Positions 51,398 to 62,142 of a stretch of 64,000 nt of DNA are shown piece by piece. A program made the translations under genes and the position numbers. The notes under the pieces were generated by a model. That model did not search any database and was not told the origin of the DNA. It saw only the letters and a list, made by a program, of their open reading frames with translations. Source of the DNA: an uncultured Methanobrevibacter sp. (GTDB taxonomy: Archaea; Methanobacteriota; Methanobacteria; Methanobacteriales; Methanobacteriaceae); assembly GCA_902789505.1 (NCBI GenBank), contig CADAOO010000004.1, forward strand, positions 4,659-68,658, in the 5' to 3' direction. Numbering within the stretch: position 1 is the first letter of the stretch; every line of letters starts with the position of its first letter.

Positions 51398-52000
51398 ATG
51401 GCTGTTGAAAAAAACTTATCCGTTGCGATTGTTGATGTTGAAAAAATTGATGACATCAATAAGGTCATATTCAAATATGCAACCTATGTCAAGGAGTATT
51501 CCTCATATTATTATTTTAATTTAAGACCCATGCGAGGTAAAGAAATCAAGAGTGACATTACCCTTTTTCAGCTGGACGGCGAAAGCGAATCCGAATTGGA
51601 TAAAAAATTGAATGATCTGATTGAAGAATTGAATCAGCTGAATACGCTTTATGCCATCAGGGATGAGGACACACATGAGATGATTAAAGAAATTGACCAT
51701 GTAATAGCCGTTCTCATTAAATTTGACAATGTAAAAGTTATAAAAGAGGGAACATATGAAAAAATTGACGACTTCAATCATTTGAAGACCGAATTTGGAA
51801 TATGCAAAAGCTATAACCCGGATTTCCGGCCGATTGAAAACAGGCCAATTGAAAACACGACAGTTAAACCCGAATCCATTTATCTCTTTTCCGACTCTGC
51901 GGAAAATCTTTCAAAATTAAGGGAATATGTCTGTGAAAGGGTTAGGCAAATCGACCCCAATCTCAAAATAGAGAATATGCCGTTCATGTTTATAGACTAA
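51398..52000 (+). CDS. Hypothetical protein (tandem paralogue A)
   Basis: MAVEK...FKYAT...YSSYYYFNLRPM. Colinear with the next gene. Confidence 0.8.
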   Translation: MAVEKNLSVAIVDVEKIDDINKVIFKYATYVKEYSSYYYFNLRPMRGKEIKSDITLFQLDGESESELDKKLNDLIEELNQLNTLYAIRDEDTHEMIKEIDHVIAVLIKFDNVKVIKEGTYEKIDDFNHLKTEFGICKSYNPDFRPIENRPIENTTVKPESIYLFSDSAENLSKLREYVCERVRQIDPNLKIENMPFMFID

Positions 52001-52152
52001 TGATTTTCTAAATGACTGCTTTTTTTTGATAGGGATAACCTTCACACAATGCTTAAGATTTTCAAAATGATATTTCACTTTTGAAGTCAATCAGGTTAAA
52101 AATTATATCATTTAATAAAAACTTTTATTATATTAAAAACATAATTATAATT

Positions 52153-52752
52153 ATGGCTGTTGAAAGAAAGTTCACAATTGTAATTGCGGATATCGAAAAA
52201 ACTGAAGAAATCAATAATATCATATTCAAATATGCAACCTTCGCCCAAAAGTACTCCTCATATTATTATTTCAATTTGAGGCCTATGAATTCCGAGGACT
52301 TCAATCAGGACATAACCATTTTTCAGCTGAATGGCGAAGACGAATCCGCTTTGGATAAAAAATTGAATGACCTTATGGAGGAATTGAGCAGGTTAGATAC
52401 ACTGTATTTCCTTCTGGTTGAGGAAACTCATGAGGTTCTTGTGGAAATTGAGCATATGGAGATTTTTGACATCAAATTTGACAATGTTAAAATTATAAAA
52501 GAGGGCACATATGAAAAGATTGACATGCTGAATCATTTGAAAAATGAATTTGGAGTATGCAAAACCTATAACCCGAATTTCAGGCCCCTTGAAAACAAAC
52601 CGCTTGAAAACACTCCTATTGAAGCTGAAACCGTTTATGTCTTTTCGGACTCAGCAGAAAATCTCAAAAAAATGATAGAAATTGTATTTGAAAAAGTTAA
52701 TGAAATTGATTCAGATCTCCTGATTGAAGTTAAGGATATAACCTTTGATTAG
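52153..52752 (+). CDS. Hypothetical protein (tandem paralogue B)
   Basis: Start moved to ATG 52153 by alignment (MAVERK). The upstream promoter region is also conserved. Confidence 0.8.
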   Translation: MAVERKFTIVIADIEKTEEINNIIFKYATFAQKYSSYYYFNLRPMNSEDFNQDITIFQLNGEDESALDKKLNDLMEELSRLDTLYFLLVEETHEVLVEIEHMEIFDIKFDNVKIIKEGTYEKIDMLNHLKNEFGVCKTYNPNFRPLENKPLENTPIEAETVYVFSDSAENLKKMIEIVFEKVNEIDSDLLIEVKDITFD

Positions 52753-53078
52753 CGGGTTTTGAAACGTATTCGGGATTATGGTGAATTGCTTTTTTTCAGA
52801 TATTTTTCATCAAAATCTTCTGTTGAAATTATTGAAATAACGACTCATTATATTAACTGATTTTTCTTTTAGGATGAATTTTTTTCACCAATTATTCAAT
52901 CTGCTCATACTTATGGTGCTGACAGGATAAATTGTGCAATATCATGTAGATGTCGCAGCTCTTGTATGCATTTAATTATCCAAATGTCACGTACGAAGTA
53001 TGTGAAAACTGTGGAAAAGACTTTTCCGGTTATGGATAACCTTAAATATTTAAACCGAGTTATTATAATCTGATTAAA

Positions 53079-53363
53079 ATGGAACTTACAAAAGAGATGT
53101 GGGAAAAATACGGTTATGTCACAGCATCCTCATACAGGACAAAGGCATTGAAATCCCTTGACGGCGAAACCAAGATACCTTCCCAGATAGCAAGAGACAC
53201 AGGCCTGAAGCCAAATCATATATCCAAGACTCTAAGCGAGCTGAAAGCACAGGAGCTTATCGAATGCATCAATCCGGAAGCCAGAAAAGGCAGGCTCTAC
53301 AGGCATACCGATAAGGGAAAGATTTTGTCTGAAAGTATTGGGGATTCATCTCAAGATTCATGA
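53079..53363 (+). CDS. Winged-HTH transcriptional regulator (MarR/ArsR-like)
   Basis: PSQIARDTG...HISKTLSELK...LIECINPEARKGRLY..TDKG. Confidence 0.88.
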   Translation: MELTKEMWEKYGYVTASSYRTKALKSLDGETKIPSQIARDTGLKPNHISKTLSELKAQELIECINPEARKGRLYRHTDKGKILSESIGDSSQDS

Positions 53364-53388
53364 ATTTATTATATGGATGGGAGACGTT

Positions 53389-53640
53389 ATGTATAATATA
53401 GACGATATCAATATTGGTGATTTGAATTATGACAGGGTATGCCTGAACTGCAGATACTGGGTTGTGGATGTTCAGCTCAGGGGTGCGGCCAACGGCGTAA
53501 TCTGCACAAGAGGCAACGGCCACACAAATCCGAACGATACCTGTCCCCTGTTTTCTCCGAATATGACTGTTGACGGCTTTCAAGATCAAAACAGATATTT
53601 CGATAAAAGGGAAAAGATGCAGGTTTGGAAAAGCAGGTGA
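53389..53640 (+). CDS. Small Cys-rich protein
   Basis: CLNCRYW...ICTRG...PNDTCPLF. GGAG RBS before ATG 53389. Confidence 0.7.
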   Translation: MYNIDDINIGDLNYDRVCLNCRYWVVDVQLRGAANGVICTRGNGHTNPNDTCPLFSPNMTVDGFQDQNRYFDKREKMQVWKSR

Positions 53641-54121
53641 TGCAACAGCTGATTTTTTTACATTTCAGTTCACCTATTTTTTTAAGAAATTTAATGTTGC
53701 ATCAGCTTCATTTATACAATTTTTTCAATTTGACCTATTTCAACGATTATTTTATGATAAAAATCCTATTGGAGTTGGAATGGTCTGAATTTAATTTAAA
53801 TTGGATATTTTCAGAATATTTGGTAATAATAACTTCCTTTTTATCATCGGCATTATTTTAAAGGTCGATAACATCATCAATAATCCCTATATGCTCAGAC
53901 ATCATTAAAGCATTATCGTTGCTTTAATATCGTATAATCATTAATTTTATTGATTAAATTTTATATATGAACAATATTTAGGCTTATTTTTTAAAAATTA
54001 CTGATTTTAATCCAATTTTCTAAATAACAAGGTTTATATAATAATATCATATACATATTACTTAAAAAGGGTTTTTAAACCCATATTATGTTTCAAAAAA
54101 ATTTAAATGGAGTAGATAATT

Positions 54122-56647
54122 TTGAACAAACGAATATTTATCACCATATTTATGGTGCTCTTCGTGATGTTTTCTGTCAGTGCAGTTTCCGCAGTCGATG
54201 CGAACGCTACGGACGCTGGTGCTGCAGACATCGAAGAGGAATCTTTGGATGTATCGGAAATGCCTGAAGAAAGCGAAGATTCATCCGAGATTTTACAATT
54301 AAACTTTACAGATTTAAATGAGGATTCAATCCTGCTTTCGGCAACGGAAGGGGAATTATTGGAATCCGATTCAAGTGAATTGCCTCTTTCAGCAGGTAAG
54401 GTCACAATCAACAATATCATTGTAAGTGCAAATAATGTTAAAAGATATTATGATCAAAATGGCGTTCTGCCGAACACAGTCAATGTCGGCGGAACCACAT
54501 TCACAATTCATGAATTCTATTACCTGATGAGCAAGGCAACAACACTGTTGGCAAAGTCCGATTATTCAATGGTCGAGCCGATAATGGGTGTTAAAGGCCC
54601 ATCATCAAAATGCACAGATACGGTTTATTGCGCTGCAGTAACAGATGAAAATTACATATCTATTGCCAGTCAGGCTGTAAGTTACATCTCAAAAAACAGG
54701 CAGGTTGCAAATTACGTTGACGCAGTGGCAGGCAAAATTGCCTATGAGGATTATGTCTCAATGGTTGCCAGAGTGTTGGCTTTCTATTATAATAGTAGGG
54801 AACTGCCTAACTATGTGACATACTATTCCAATGACCCGTCCAAGGTCCATTATGAGCAAAAGGGCGAACTGAATCCCTTCGGCCTATACGGCAAAAACGT
54901 ATGGATTGATGCCGACGGAGGTTCAGATGCAATAAAATGGAAAATAGCCGAGGCCCTTAAGGCAGAAGGATGGAACGTTTATGTCGGTGAAACCGATCCG
55001 AATGCCCACTGGGAAGATTATCACAATGCAAAACCTGGTTATGTGCTCATAAACATATACAACGGCTTTTGTGCAGGAACCATGAGGGAAATGGTGACAT
55101 CTACTTGGATTCAAAATCTGTTGGATACCAAGCATGTTGTATGCGTTCCTATATGGGACACCAGCGGATGGACAGAAGGAATGAAGCCATACCGCTATGG
55201 AGACTTCAGCGGATACTCTGCCAAAAGGGCATGGGACGATGACTTCAGTGTCCTTGACCCTTCAATTGATGATGTGGATGAGTTCTTCAGATTCTACGAC
55301 GTCGACTACTGCGCATATCCTACCGTTCAGGGCATCATCGACCAGTTCCTGGCCGGAGGATACTACAGATATCACGGCGAAAAAGAGGATGTCGGCACGA
55401 TTTCAGTTTCAGATATTGTAAAGGCGGCTTCAAATTTAAAGAAGAATATTGAATCCGGATACTACCCGAGCACAGTAACTGTTGGTGGAGAAACCCATTC
55501 AACTCCCCAATTCCTATATCTTATGGCTAAGGCAACCGATCTTATCAATTCAGGTAAAACCGGCACAAAAATCAATGTCATAAAGGCGGCAGGTGCTTCA
55601 TCCTATGAAAATACTGCAAGCGGCCAGCTTCAAAAAAGCAAATATCTCAGTGTTGCATCACAACTGGTGAAATACGTTTCAGACAATAACCGCGTTCCTG
55701 GTTATCTCACAAGCGACCTTGGAAAGATCGGATATCCTGAACTGATTGATGCATTTTCACGCATACTGGCATACTATAATGACAATGGAGCCATGCCGAA
55801 TTACGTGACAGTCAAGAAAAGCATAAAACTGGAAGCCGAATATAAAAACGATAAAATTGTTGCCACTGCAACTGATGCAAACGGCAATGCTGTAAAAGGA
55901 CTTAAGGTCGGATTTGCAATCGCAGACGGCGTGAAATATGTCACTACCGATTCAAACGGAAAGGCAACATATTACACAAAAGACCTGCCTGACAATATCT
56001 ATGAAGTAACCGTAAGGGTTTTCGGCGATGGAATATATGCTGATTCCAATAAGGTAAGGCTTTCAGTTTCTGTGGGCAAGCAACCGACCAAAATATTTCT
56101 GAGAAATGCACTGTACTTCGTTACCGAAACCAAGATAGTAAAAGTCACCCTTTGGGACAGTGCCAACAATCCTATTGCAGGCAAAACTGTCTATATCAAA
56201 GTGGGTGAATCCAGATACAACGGTGTGACTGACGAAAACGGTGATGCATACATCAGGATAGGTATTGGATTCGGCGTTCACGATGCCACCGTCAGCTTCG
56301 CCGGTGATGACGATTATTTCTCATCCGACAAGAATGGAAATGTCAGGGTAATCAAGGGAACCCCTTCAGTGATGGTTCGCGGAACTGACACCCAATTCAA
56401 GAAAAGCGATGAACATAAAATCGTCAAGGTATATCTCTGGGACAGGGAAAGCCAACCGCTTCCGGTTAATTCCAAAATCGTATTCAAGATAAACGGACAG
56501 ACCTATACCGGATTCACTGATGAATCCGGAATTGCAAGCATTGAAATCAAACTCACTTCTACCGGTGTCTTCAATGCACAGGCAATGTTTGCAGGAAACA
56601 GCGCTTTCAATGCTGTTAGCCGAGATATAAAAATTACAGTATCATAG
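54122..56647 (+). CDS. Adhesin-like cell-wall protein with pseudomurein-binding repeats and a central putative catalytic domain
   Basis: Signal peptide. PMBRs (NGVLPNTV, VLAFYYNSRELPNYV, ILAYYNDNGAMPNYV). Central AHWEDY...YNGFCAGT domain. Ig-like C-terminus. Confidence 0.9.
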   Translation: MNKRIFITIFMVLFVMFSVSAVSAVDANATDAGAADIEEESLDVSEMPEESEDSSEILQLNFTDLNEDSILLSATEGELLESDSSELPLSAGKVTINNIIVSANNVKRYYDQNGVLPNTVNVGGTTFTIHEFYYLMSKATTLLAKSDYSMVEPIMGVKGPSSKCTDTVYCAAVTDENYISIASQAVSYISKNRQVANYVDAVAGKIAYEDYVSMVARVLAFYYNSRELPNYVTYYSNDPSKVHYEQKGELNPFGLYGKNVWIDADGGSDAIKWKIAEALKAEGWNVYVGETDPNAHWEDYHNAKPGYVLINIYNGFCAGTMREMVTSTWIQNLLDTKHVVCVPIWDTSGWTEGMKPYRYGDFSGYSAKRAWDDDFSVLDPSIDDVDEFFRFYDVDYCAYPTVQGIIDQFLAGGYYRYHGEKEDVGTISVSDIVKAASNLKKNIESGYYPSTVTVGGETHSTPQFLYLMAKATDLINSGKTGTKINVIKAAGASSYENTASGQLQKSKYLSVASQLVKYVSDNNRVPGYLTSDLGKIGYPELIDAFSRILAYYNDNGAMPNYVTVKKSIKLEAEYKNDKIVATATDANGNAVKGLKVGFAIADGVKYVTTDSNGKATYYTKDLPDNIYEVTVRVFGDGIYADSNKVRLSVSVGKQPTKIFLRNALYFVTETKIVKVTLWDSANNPIAGKTVYIKVGESRYNGVTDENGDAYIRIGIGFGVHDATVSFAGDDDYFSSDKNGNVRVIKGTPSVMVRGTDTQFKKSDEHKIVKVYLWDRESQPLPVNSKIVFKINGQTYTGFTDESGIASIEIKLTSTGVFNAQAMFAGNSAFNAVSRDIKITVS

Positions 56648-56890
56648 GGATTTTTAATAATCTCTAACTTCTTTTTCTTTTTTAGCAATACAAAATATTA
56701 CCATATTTTTTCCATCCGCAACATTTATAAGCAACTTATTACTAACATTTTATTATCAATCTATACACATAATTTATTGTATAAAACTATGAACCGTCGC
56801 AAAAACGAAGAGAGGATCAACTGGAATATAATGAATTTCTCAAATACATAGTATTTCTTAATTAATCTGCTGCAAAATGGAGTGATATAA

Positions 56891-57169
56891 ATGCTGAATG
56901 AAGAAAACTATCCGATGACATATAAGGAATATGAAAAACGGGTGGTGGAGTTGTTACTTGAAGATTATGAAGGTGAAACATTGGAACTGATGGTGGGCAG
57001 GATAGATGATATCCTATCCGAATCACCCAATTTCATGGAACAGCTATACGGATATGACTGTTTTACCTATGACAGCCCACATATCTACGGAGATACCTGT
57101 AAAAAGGTATTTGAAAACAATTTCTTAAGGCAGACTCCGGTTGCACAGTTGAGATTGCTGATTGGATAA
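56891..57169 (+). CDS. Small hypothetical protein, YPMTYKEYEKRV family (copy 4)
   Basis: GGAGTGA RBS. Near-identical to 38650-38928. Confidence 0.85.
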   Translation: MLNEENYPMTYKEYEKRVVELLLEDYEGETLELMVGRIDDILSESPNFMEQLYGYDCFTYDSPHIYGDTCKKVFENNFLRQTPVAQLRLLIG

Positions 57170-57248
57170 AAATCATAAAATGTGTTGTTTAAATATCATC
57201 AACATAAAGAATTTTATATGGCCGGGTTACATAGTTTAATGTGATAAC

Positions 57249-57626
57249 ATGATGATGGATCCTAAAAGTTACAGAAAAGAATTCGAAGTAGCAAGCCTTG
57301 ATAAGATTTTGCAGGAAAGAGACAGAATCATCCAGTTCATGCAGGACTTTGAAAACAAGAGATTGCCTGTAAAGTACTATGAACGTGACCCAAGTCCGGA
57401 AGTGGTCTATCTTACCAATATTGACTACCTCAAGGAAATATGCGACCTGATTAAAATCAAGATGCAGAAAAAGGAATCAAAGCCAAAGGCAGGACCATTT
57501 TTAGCCATCGAAGAAGTTCTCTCAAAGTTCAGCGAAGAAAAGCAGAAGGAATTCCTTGAAGACTTGAAGATCAAGGACAGGCAGCTTTATTATGAGTTCA
57601 TGGAATGGAAAATGCAAAACGATTAA
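57249..57626 (+). CDS. Hypothetical protein
   Basis: 125 aa. C-terminal helix FSEEKQKEFLEDLKIKDRQLYYEFMEWK. Confidence 0.75.
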   Translation: MMMDPKSYRKEFEVASLDKILQERDRIIQFMQDFENKRLPVKYYERDPSPEVVYLTNIDYLKEICDLIKIKMQKKESKPKAGPFLAIEEVLSKFSEEKQKEFLEDLKIKDRQLYYEFMEWKMQND

Positions 57627-57878
57627 TTCAGTGTTGAAACAAGATAATTATTATTTATTTTATTTAATTAATCGAGATATTTATCTAATAATAGGGTGTC
57701 AAATATAGAAAGTCAAGCGAAATATTTGGCAATCAAAGGGCACCTACATTATTACGTTCAAGGATTTCGATAAAAATGAAAAGGTTTATTAATAGACTAC
57801 CCACAATATTGATATAACCAAACTATTTTAGGAGATGATAGCCATGACCAGAAACATTTTAAACAGGAGGAATTCCCA

Positions 57879-58007
57879 ATGATTACATGCGGCGTTTGCG
57901 GACACCTCAACGATCCTTCAGCAGTAGTATGTGCGGAATGCGGGTCTGATCTCTCAGACAGTCCGGATTTTTTCGATGAGGATGACTTTTTTGATGATTA
58001 TGATTGA
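57879..58007 (+). CDS. 42-aa zinc-ribbon microprotein with acidic tail
   Basis: Below the ORF-track cutoff: MITCGVCGHLNDPSAVVCAECGSDLSDSPDFFDEDDFFDDYD*. AGGAGG RBS. Confidence 0.8.
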   Translation: MITCGVCGHLNDPSAVVCAECGSDLSDSPDFFDEDDFFDDYD

Positions 58008-58060
58008 ATGCTGCCGGACTGATTTTACTCGGGAACGGCAAGATGAAAACGGGTGATAAT

Positions 58061-58174
58061 ATGGCATGGGAATGTCCCTACTGTGGAACATTGAATGACG
58101 ACGACGAAACCGTGTGCAGCTGCTGTGACTATGATGAGGACATCAATCAGGGATGGATTGGTGAAAACTACTGA
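58061..58174 (+). CDS. 37-aa RanBP2-type zinc-finger microprotein
   Basis: MAWECPYCGTLNDDDETVCSCCDYDEDINQGWIGENY* fits W-x-C-x2-C-x3-N-x6-C-x2-C. GGTGA RBS. Confidence 0.8.
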   Translation: MAWECPYCGTLNDDDETVCSCCDYDEDINQGWIGENY

Positions 58175-58344
58175 CGGCACAGGGTCTGCGGTGAAATCAA
58201 TATGGAAATAAAAAAAGCATAAAGTGTATGCAAATCAAATTATTTTTTCGCTGCGAATGTTTGAAGAGCTGAATCAATTCTTCAAACCGAAATCTTTTTT
58301 TTAAATCTAAAAAACGTAAATGGATTACAGGCTGAAGACTACTC

Positions 58345-58623
58345 TTACCTGTCCAGTCTTTCAAGTATTTCCAAGCCCAGCTCCGTGTTCTGATATAGTC
58401 TGCCTTTGTGAGCGGATTCGTTCATGCAGACAACCAGATTCTTTTCCTTCATGTCTGAAAGGGCGTTGGATATCTGTGTTGTTCTAAGTCCTGTGGTTTT
58501 GGCAATTTCTGAGGGCATCAAAAAATCTCTCTTCAGGGTTTTCAGTGTTTTGTATCTTGTTGGTGAAACCTTGATAAATCCGATTAGCTCCCATATCTTT
58601 TCTTCATTTACTTCCTGAGCCAT
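58345..58623 (-). CDS. Winged-HTH transcriptional regulator, paralogue of 53079-53363
   Basis: PSEIAKTTG...QISNALSDMKEKNLVVCMNESAHKGRLYQNTELG. Confidence 0.88.
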   Translation of the reverse strand: MAQEVNEEKIWELIGFIKVSPTRYKTLKTLKRDFLMPSEIAKTTGLRTTQISNALSDMKEKNLVVCMNESAHKGRLYQNTELGLEILERLDR

Positions 58624-58834
58624 GCTATTTCATTTATTTCACATAAAAGACTAGCTTATTTACACGGTTATAAAGTGATTTCAAGTTTTTTGTAAATGTT
58701 TACCCTCTTTAATAACAAGTTAGATATATAATATTTATAAAAGATGAGATTGAAAATAAACATATAAAAGGATTTAATTATAATCAAAGACAAAATATAT
58801 CTAAATCAATATTCCTTTAAAAAATGGTGATGAT

Positions 58835-59758
58835 ATGGAAAGAACCTATATTACAAACAATCATTTGAAATCAGCCGTTCAAGAATTCCAGAAATATATG
58901 GACAAGGATGAAGAACCTCCTCAGGACGTGTTCATCGAAATGATGAATGAGCTGAAGGTATCCAACCTCCTGATTCCCGGAAAAATTGAAGGTGACAGCC
59001 TCAACTTCGAAAACCTGTCCTCAGAAGAGGATGACATAACCGTACTGCCTCTCTTTACTGATGACGAAGAGTTCATCAGGCAAAACGGCGAAGACTACGA
59101 ACTGGATCCGATTGCATGTGACTTCGACTACTATCTTGACCTGATTGAAAACGTTGCAATCGACGGAATCCTGATTAACTGCGCAAGCGATGAGTTTCTC
59201 ATTGAATCAGAACTCCTTTTAGAGTATCCTTTCATCCAGTTTGTTGAAGATGATGGCGAAGACGAAGGATTTGGAGCCGAAAAACTCAAAGACATTGCAA
59301 AAAGCACAAAAAACGATTCCCTTCTTGAATTCATAAGAAGCGGCGACACCCAGTTCGAAGCGCTGATGCTTGAGCTTCAAAAATCCAGTCCGCTGAATGT
59401 GGTTGCAAGCGAGGAAAGCCTTGATGAATTTGGCGAAAACGGAATAATCAGTGCTGATGAGGTCGGAGACTTTGAGCTTTGCACAGCAAATGTTGAAGGT
59501 GGGGAATTCGCGATACTATTTACAGACATCGATGCAATCAGCAAAACCAAAAGCGATGACATGCACTGCTACTGTCAGCTTGCACTGCTTGACGAGTTCT
59601 TTGAATATGTATTATGCAGCGATATGGATGGAATCATCATAAACCCCGGTCTGGAAGATTATATGATTCCAAGAAGCTATATACTTGAGGCATATGGCGC
59701 TCTCACCTATTCAAATCCGGACTTCAAAAAAGCGATTGACTATGCATTCATAATTTAA
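58835..59758 (+). CDS. Tandem SseB-domain protein
   Basis: SNLLIPG...LPLFTD...GILIN, repeated as ILFTD...DGIIINP. Confidence 0.8.
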   Translation: MERTYITNNHLKSAVQEFQKYMDKDEEPPQDVFIEMMNELKVSNLLIPGKIEGDSLNFENLSSEEDDITVLPLFTDDEEFIRQNGEDYELDPIACDFDYYLDLIENVAIDGILINCASDEFLIESELLLEYPFIQFVEDDGEDEGFGAEKLKDIAKSTKNDSLLEFIRSGDTQFEALMLELQKSSPLNVVASEESLDEFGENGIISADEVGDFELCTANVEGGEFAILFTDIDAISKTKSDDMHCYCQLALLDEFFEYVLCSDMDGIIINPGLEDYMIPRSYILEAYGALTYSNPDFKKAIDYAFII

Positions 59759-59827
59759 TCTCCAATATAATATTCAATATAACTTACATACAATTTTAAA
59801 TATGGGGTGAACCAATACTTTATATAG

Positions 59828-60622
59828 GTGATGCTTTTGCCTGTATGTCCGATATGTGGTGCTGTGCTGAAAGAGGGAACTACGACATGCTCATGTGGTA
59901 CAACAATAGTTGTTTCAAGCGATGACGAATTGGAGCATTTATTGACTATTGAAGCACAAAAGGTCGAAAAGTTCAGAGATTTGAAAGCCAAATGCCTTGA
60001 GGCGTTTGATGAAGGAGATTTTGAAAAGTCATTTGATTATTCTACCGAAGCGTTGAATTTGGGTATAGGATCCGATGCGGAGCTTTCCTTTGCACGTGGA
60101 AAGTCCCTGTATTACATGAACAGATTTACTGATTCACTGGAATGCTTTGACGAATACATCACCGAATATAAAAACTCATTTTACAGATTTTCCAATATTT
60201 CAGGAGCCTATGAATGGAAGGCAGCTGTATTATGGCAGCTTGGAGACGGATTTGAAGCCATAAAATGCTATTACAATGCAATGGAATTTGTCGACAACAA
60301 GCCATGCTCAATTGACGAAAAGATGGAGATACGCTCACGCATTGAAGAGTCAAGACTTAAGGTGATGCAGGAGTCAAGGGGGAAAGGCGTATCAAATCCG
60401 AGAATCGGACCTATCGATGAGCAGGTCTACGGCAGGCTTGAGCAGTATGGCACAGACATCCATATAACCATGCAGAACCTCTATGATGCAATTAATGAAG
60501 TCACATCTGATGAATGTGAATTCAAAGCACTGCTTTTGAAGGATGACAATGTATATGTCGAGTTCATTGAAGACGGCAAAAGCCTTGAGAAATGCTTTGA
60601 CGGCACATCTACTTTTAAATAA
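59828..60622 (+). CDS. Zinc-ribbon + TPR protein
   Basis: CPICG...CSCG. FARGKSLYYMNRFTDSLECFD, AYEWKAAVLWQLGD..EAIKCY. Confidence 0.8.
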   Translation: MMLLPVCPICGAVLKEGTTTCSCGTTIVVSSDDELEHLLTIEAQKVEKFRDLKAKCLEAFDEGDFEKSFDYSTEALNLGIGSDAELSFARGKSLYYMNRFTDSLECFDEYITEYKNSFYRFSNISGAYEWKAAVLWQLGDGFEAIKCYYNAMEFVDNKPCSIDEKMEIRSRIEESRLKVMQESRGKGVSNPRIGPIDEQVYGRLEQYGTDIHITMQNLYDAINEVTSDECEFKALLLKDDNVYVEFIEDGKSLEKCFDGTSTFK

Positions 60623-60644
60623 TATCCGATACAATATTTAACCA

Positions 60645-61550
60645 ATGTCAAACCACAAACATTTGAGAACTGTTATTGAAGATATTCACGCAAACGACGA
60701 CAAGCTCACAGAGGACCTTCTTTTTAAACTGATCAATGAATTCAAATACTCAAACCTGCTGATTCCTGCAAAAAAGGAAAACGGCACTTTGAATTTCATA
60801 ATCTATGAGGATGAGGATGCAAAAATCACACCACTCTTTACAGACCGCGACGAGTTCAGGAAATTCTACAGCGATGATGACATCCAGGTTCTGGAAAATA
60901 CCTTTGAGCTGTATCAGAACGTCATAAAGACAACAGAAATTGAAGGTTATATTCTCAATCCGGCTTCAGAAAAGTATCTTTTCTCCTCAGAGTTCATTTT
61001 ATCGATCACCAACCTTCCGAAGACTAATTTTTACTCATCAAACCCATATACTGAAAGTGAGCTCAAAGACATCAGAAACAATATTGACAACGGTGATCTT
61101 GAGGATTTCATCACCGTCCCATCCAATGTCGGCTATTTTGAAGGGCTGTTTGAAAAGCTTTCATCTTCAACCCTTCTTGCGTTGATGCTTTCAAACCATG
61201 ACCTCACACCTTACGCAGAGGATGGAATCATATCCATGCAGTCAACAGGACCGCTTGCAAGGATGCATGTCGACAGGATAGGAGGAGAATATGCAACCTT
61301 ATTCACCTCAGAAGAAAAGATGGGCCATGTCAGGACGGACTTATATCGCTACTCACAGATTGTAAACCTTGCAACGCTGGTAAATTTCGTTTTGACCGAG
61401 GACATGGACGGCATCGTAATCAATCCGGACAGCGACAATGTCCTCATACCAAGATCAGAGCTTCTTAAATATTCGCTGGGCTTTGAGAAGTATGCAAATG
61501 ACGAAAGACTTTCAACATCAATATTCTACATTTTTCCGGTTGAAGAGTAA
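60645..61550 (+). CDS. Tandem SseB-domain protein, paralogue of 58835-59758
   Basis: SNLLIPA...TPLFTD...GYILNP and TLFTS...DGIVINP. Confidence 0.82.
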   Translation: MSNHKHLRTVIEDIHANDDKLTEDLLFKLINEFKYSNLLIPAKKENGTLNFIIYEDEDAKITPLFTDRDEFRKFYSDDDIQVLENTFELYQNVIKTTEIEGYILNPASEKYLFSSEFILSITNLPKTNFYSSNPYTESELKDIRNNIDNGDLEDFITVPSNVGYFEGLFEKLSSSTLLALMLSNHDLTPYAEDGIISMQSTGPLARMHVDRIGGEYATLFTSEEKMGHVRTDLYRYSQIVNLATLVNFVLTEDMDGIVINPDSDNVLIPRSELLKYSLGFEKYANDERLSTSIFYIFPVEE

Positions 61551-61584
61551 AATTATAATAACCACAATATAGATACTATTAAAT

Positions 61585-62142
61585 ATGTCAGAATTATCCG
61601 AGTTAATTGAAATAAACAGAAACATAGAAAGGCAGAATGATGAAATCATCCGCCTTCTCAAAAAGATTGCCGGGGAGGAAAACGACGGTGAGATGACAAT
61701 ACCATATGTTGCACCCAAGCAGAATGCACCTCCCGAAATGTCATTCGCCTTTAGCGGTGAAAGTGATGTAGGTGAAGTCTATTTCATAGAGGAAAATGAT
61801 GTCTTCAGACTTACAGTCAAAAATAATGAAACTTCAATCGATAATTTAACAGGTTCACATGATGCATGCAATTTTGCCGAACAGGAAATGATAGCAAATG
61901 AATCCATCGCACTGAACGAGCCAATCGGACCCGCAACAGTTATACTAAACACTGAACAGTCAATGGAATTGCCGGAAACATTGAAGATATGCTATGAAAT
62001 CAGAGCCAAAAAAGTTTATATTCCCTGGTATTCAATGACACAGCTGGTTGGCGCTCCCGATACTCTGATGACACTCATGAAGCTTGACTTTTATAAAAAC
62101 GATGAACACCTGATTGAAAAGGTCTTCAAGAAAGGTGATTGA
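61585..62142 (+). CDS. Hypothetical protein
   Basis: 185-aa ORF in operon-like arrangement. Confidence 0.75.
   Translation: MSELSELIEINRNIERQNDEIIRLLKKIAGEENDGEMTIPYVAPKQNAPPEMSFAFSGESDVGEVYFIEENDVFRLTVKNNETSIDNLTGSHDACNFAEQEMIANESIALNEPIGPATVILNTEQSMELPETLKICYEIRAKKVYIPWYSMTQLVGAPDTLMTLMKLDFYKNDEHLIEKVFKKGD

Noticed and set aside
52950-53040. Tiny ORF with CENCG (MSQLLYAFNYPNVTYEVCENCGKDFSGYG)
   Set aside because: Only half a zinc ribbon and no convincing RBS.
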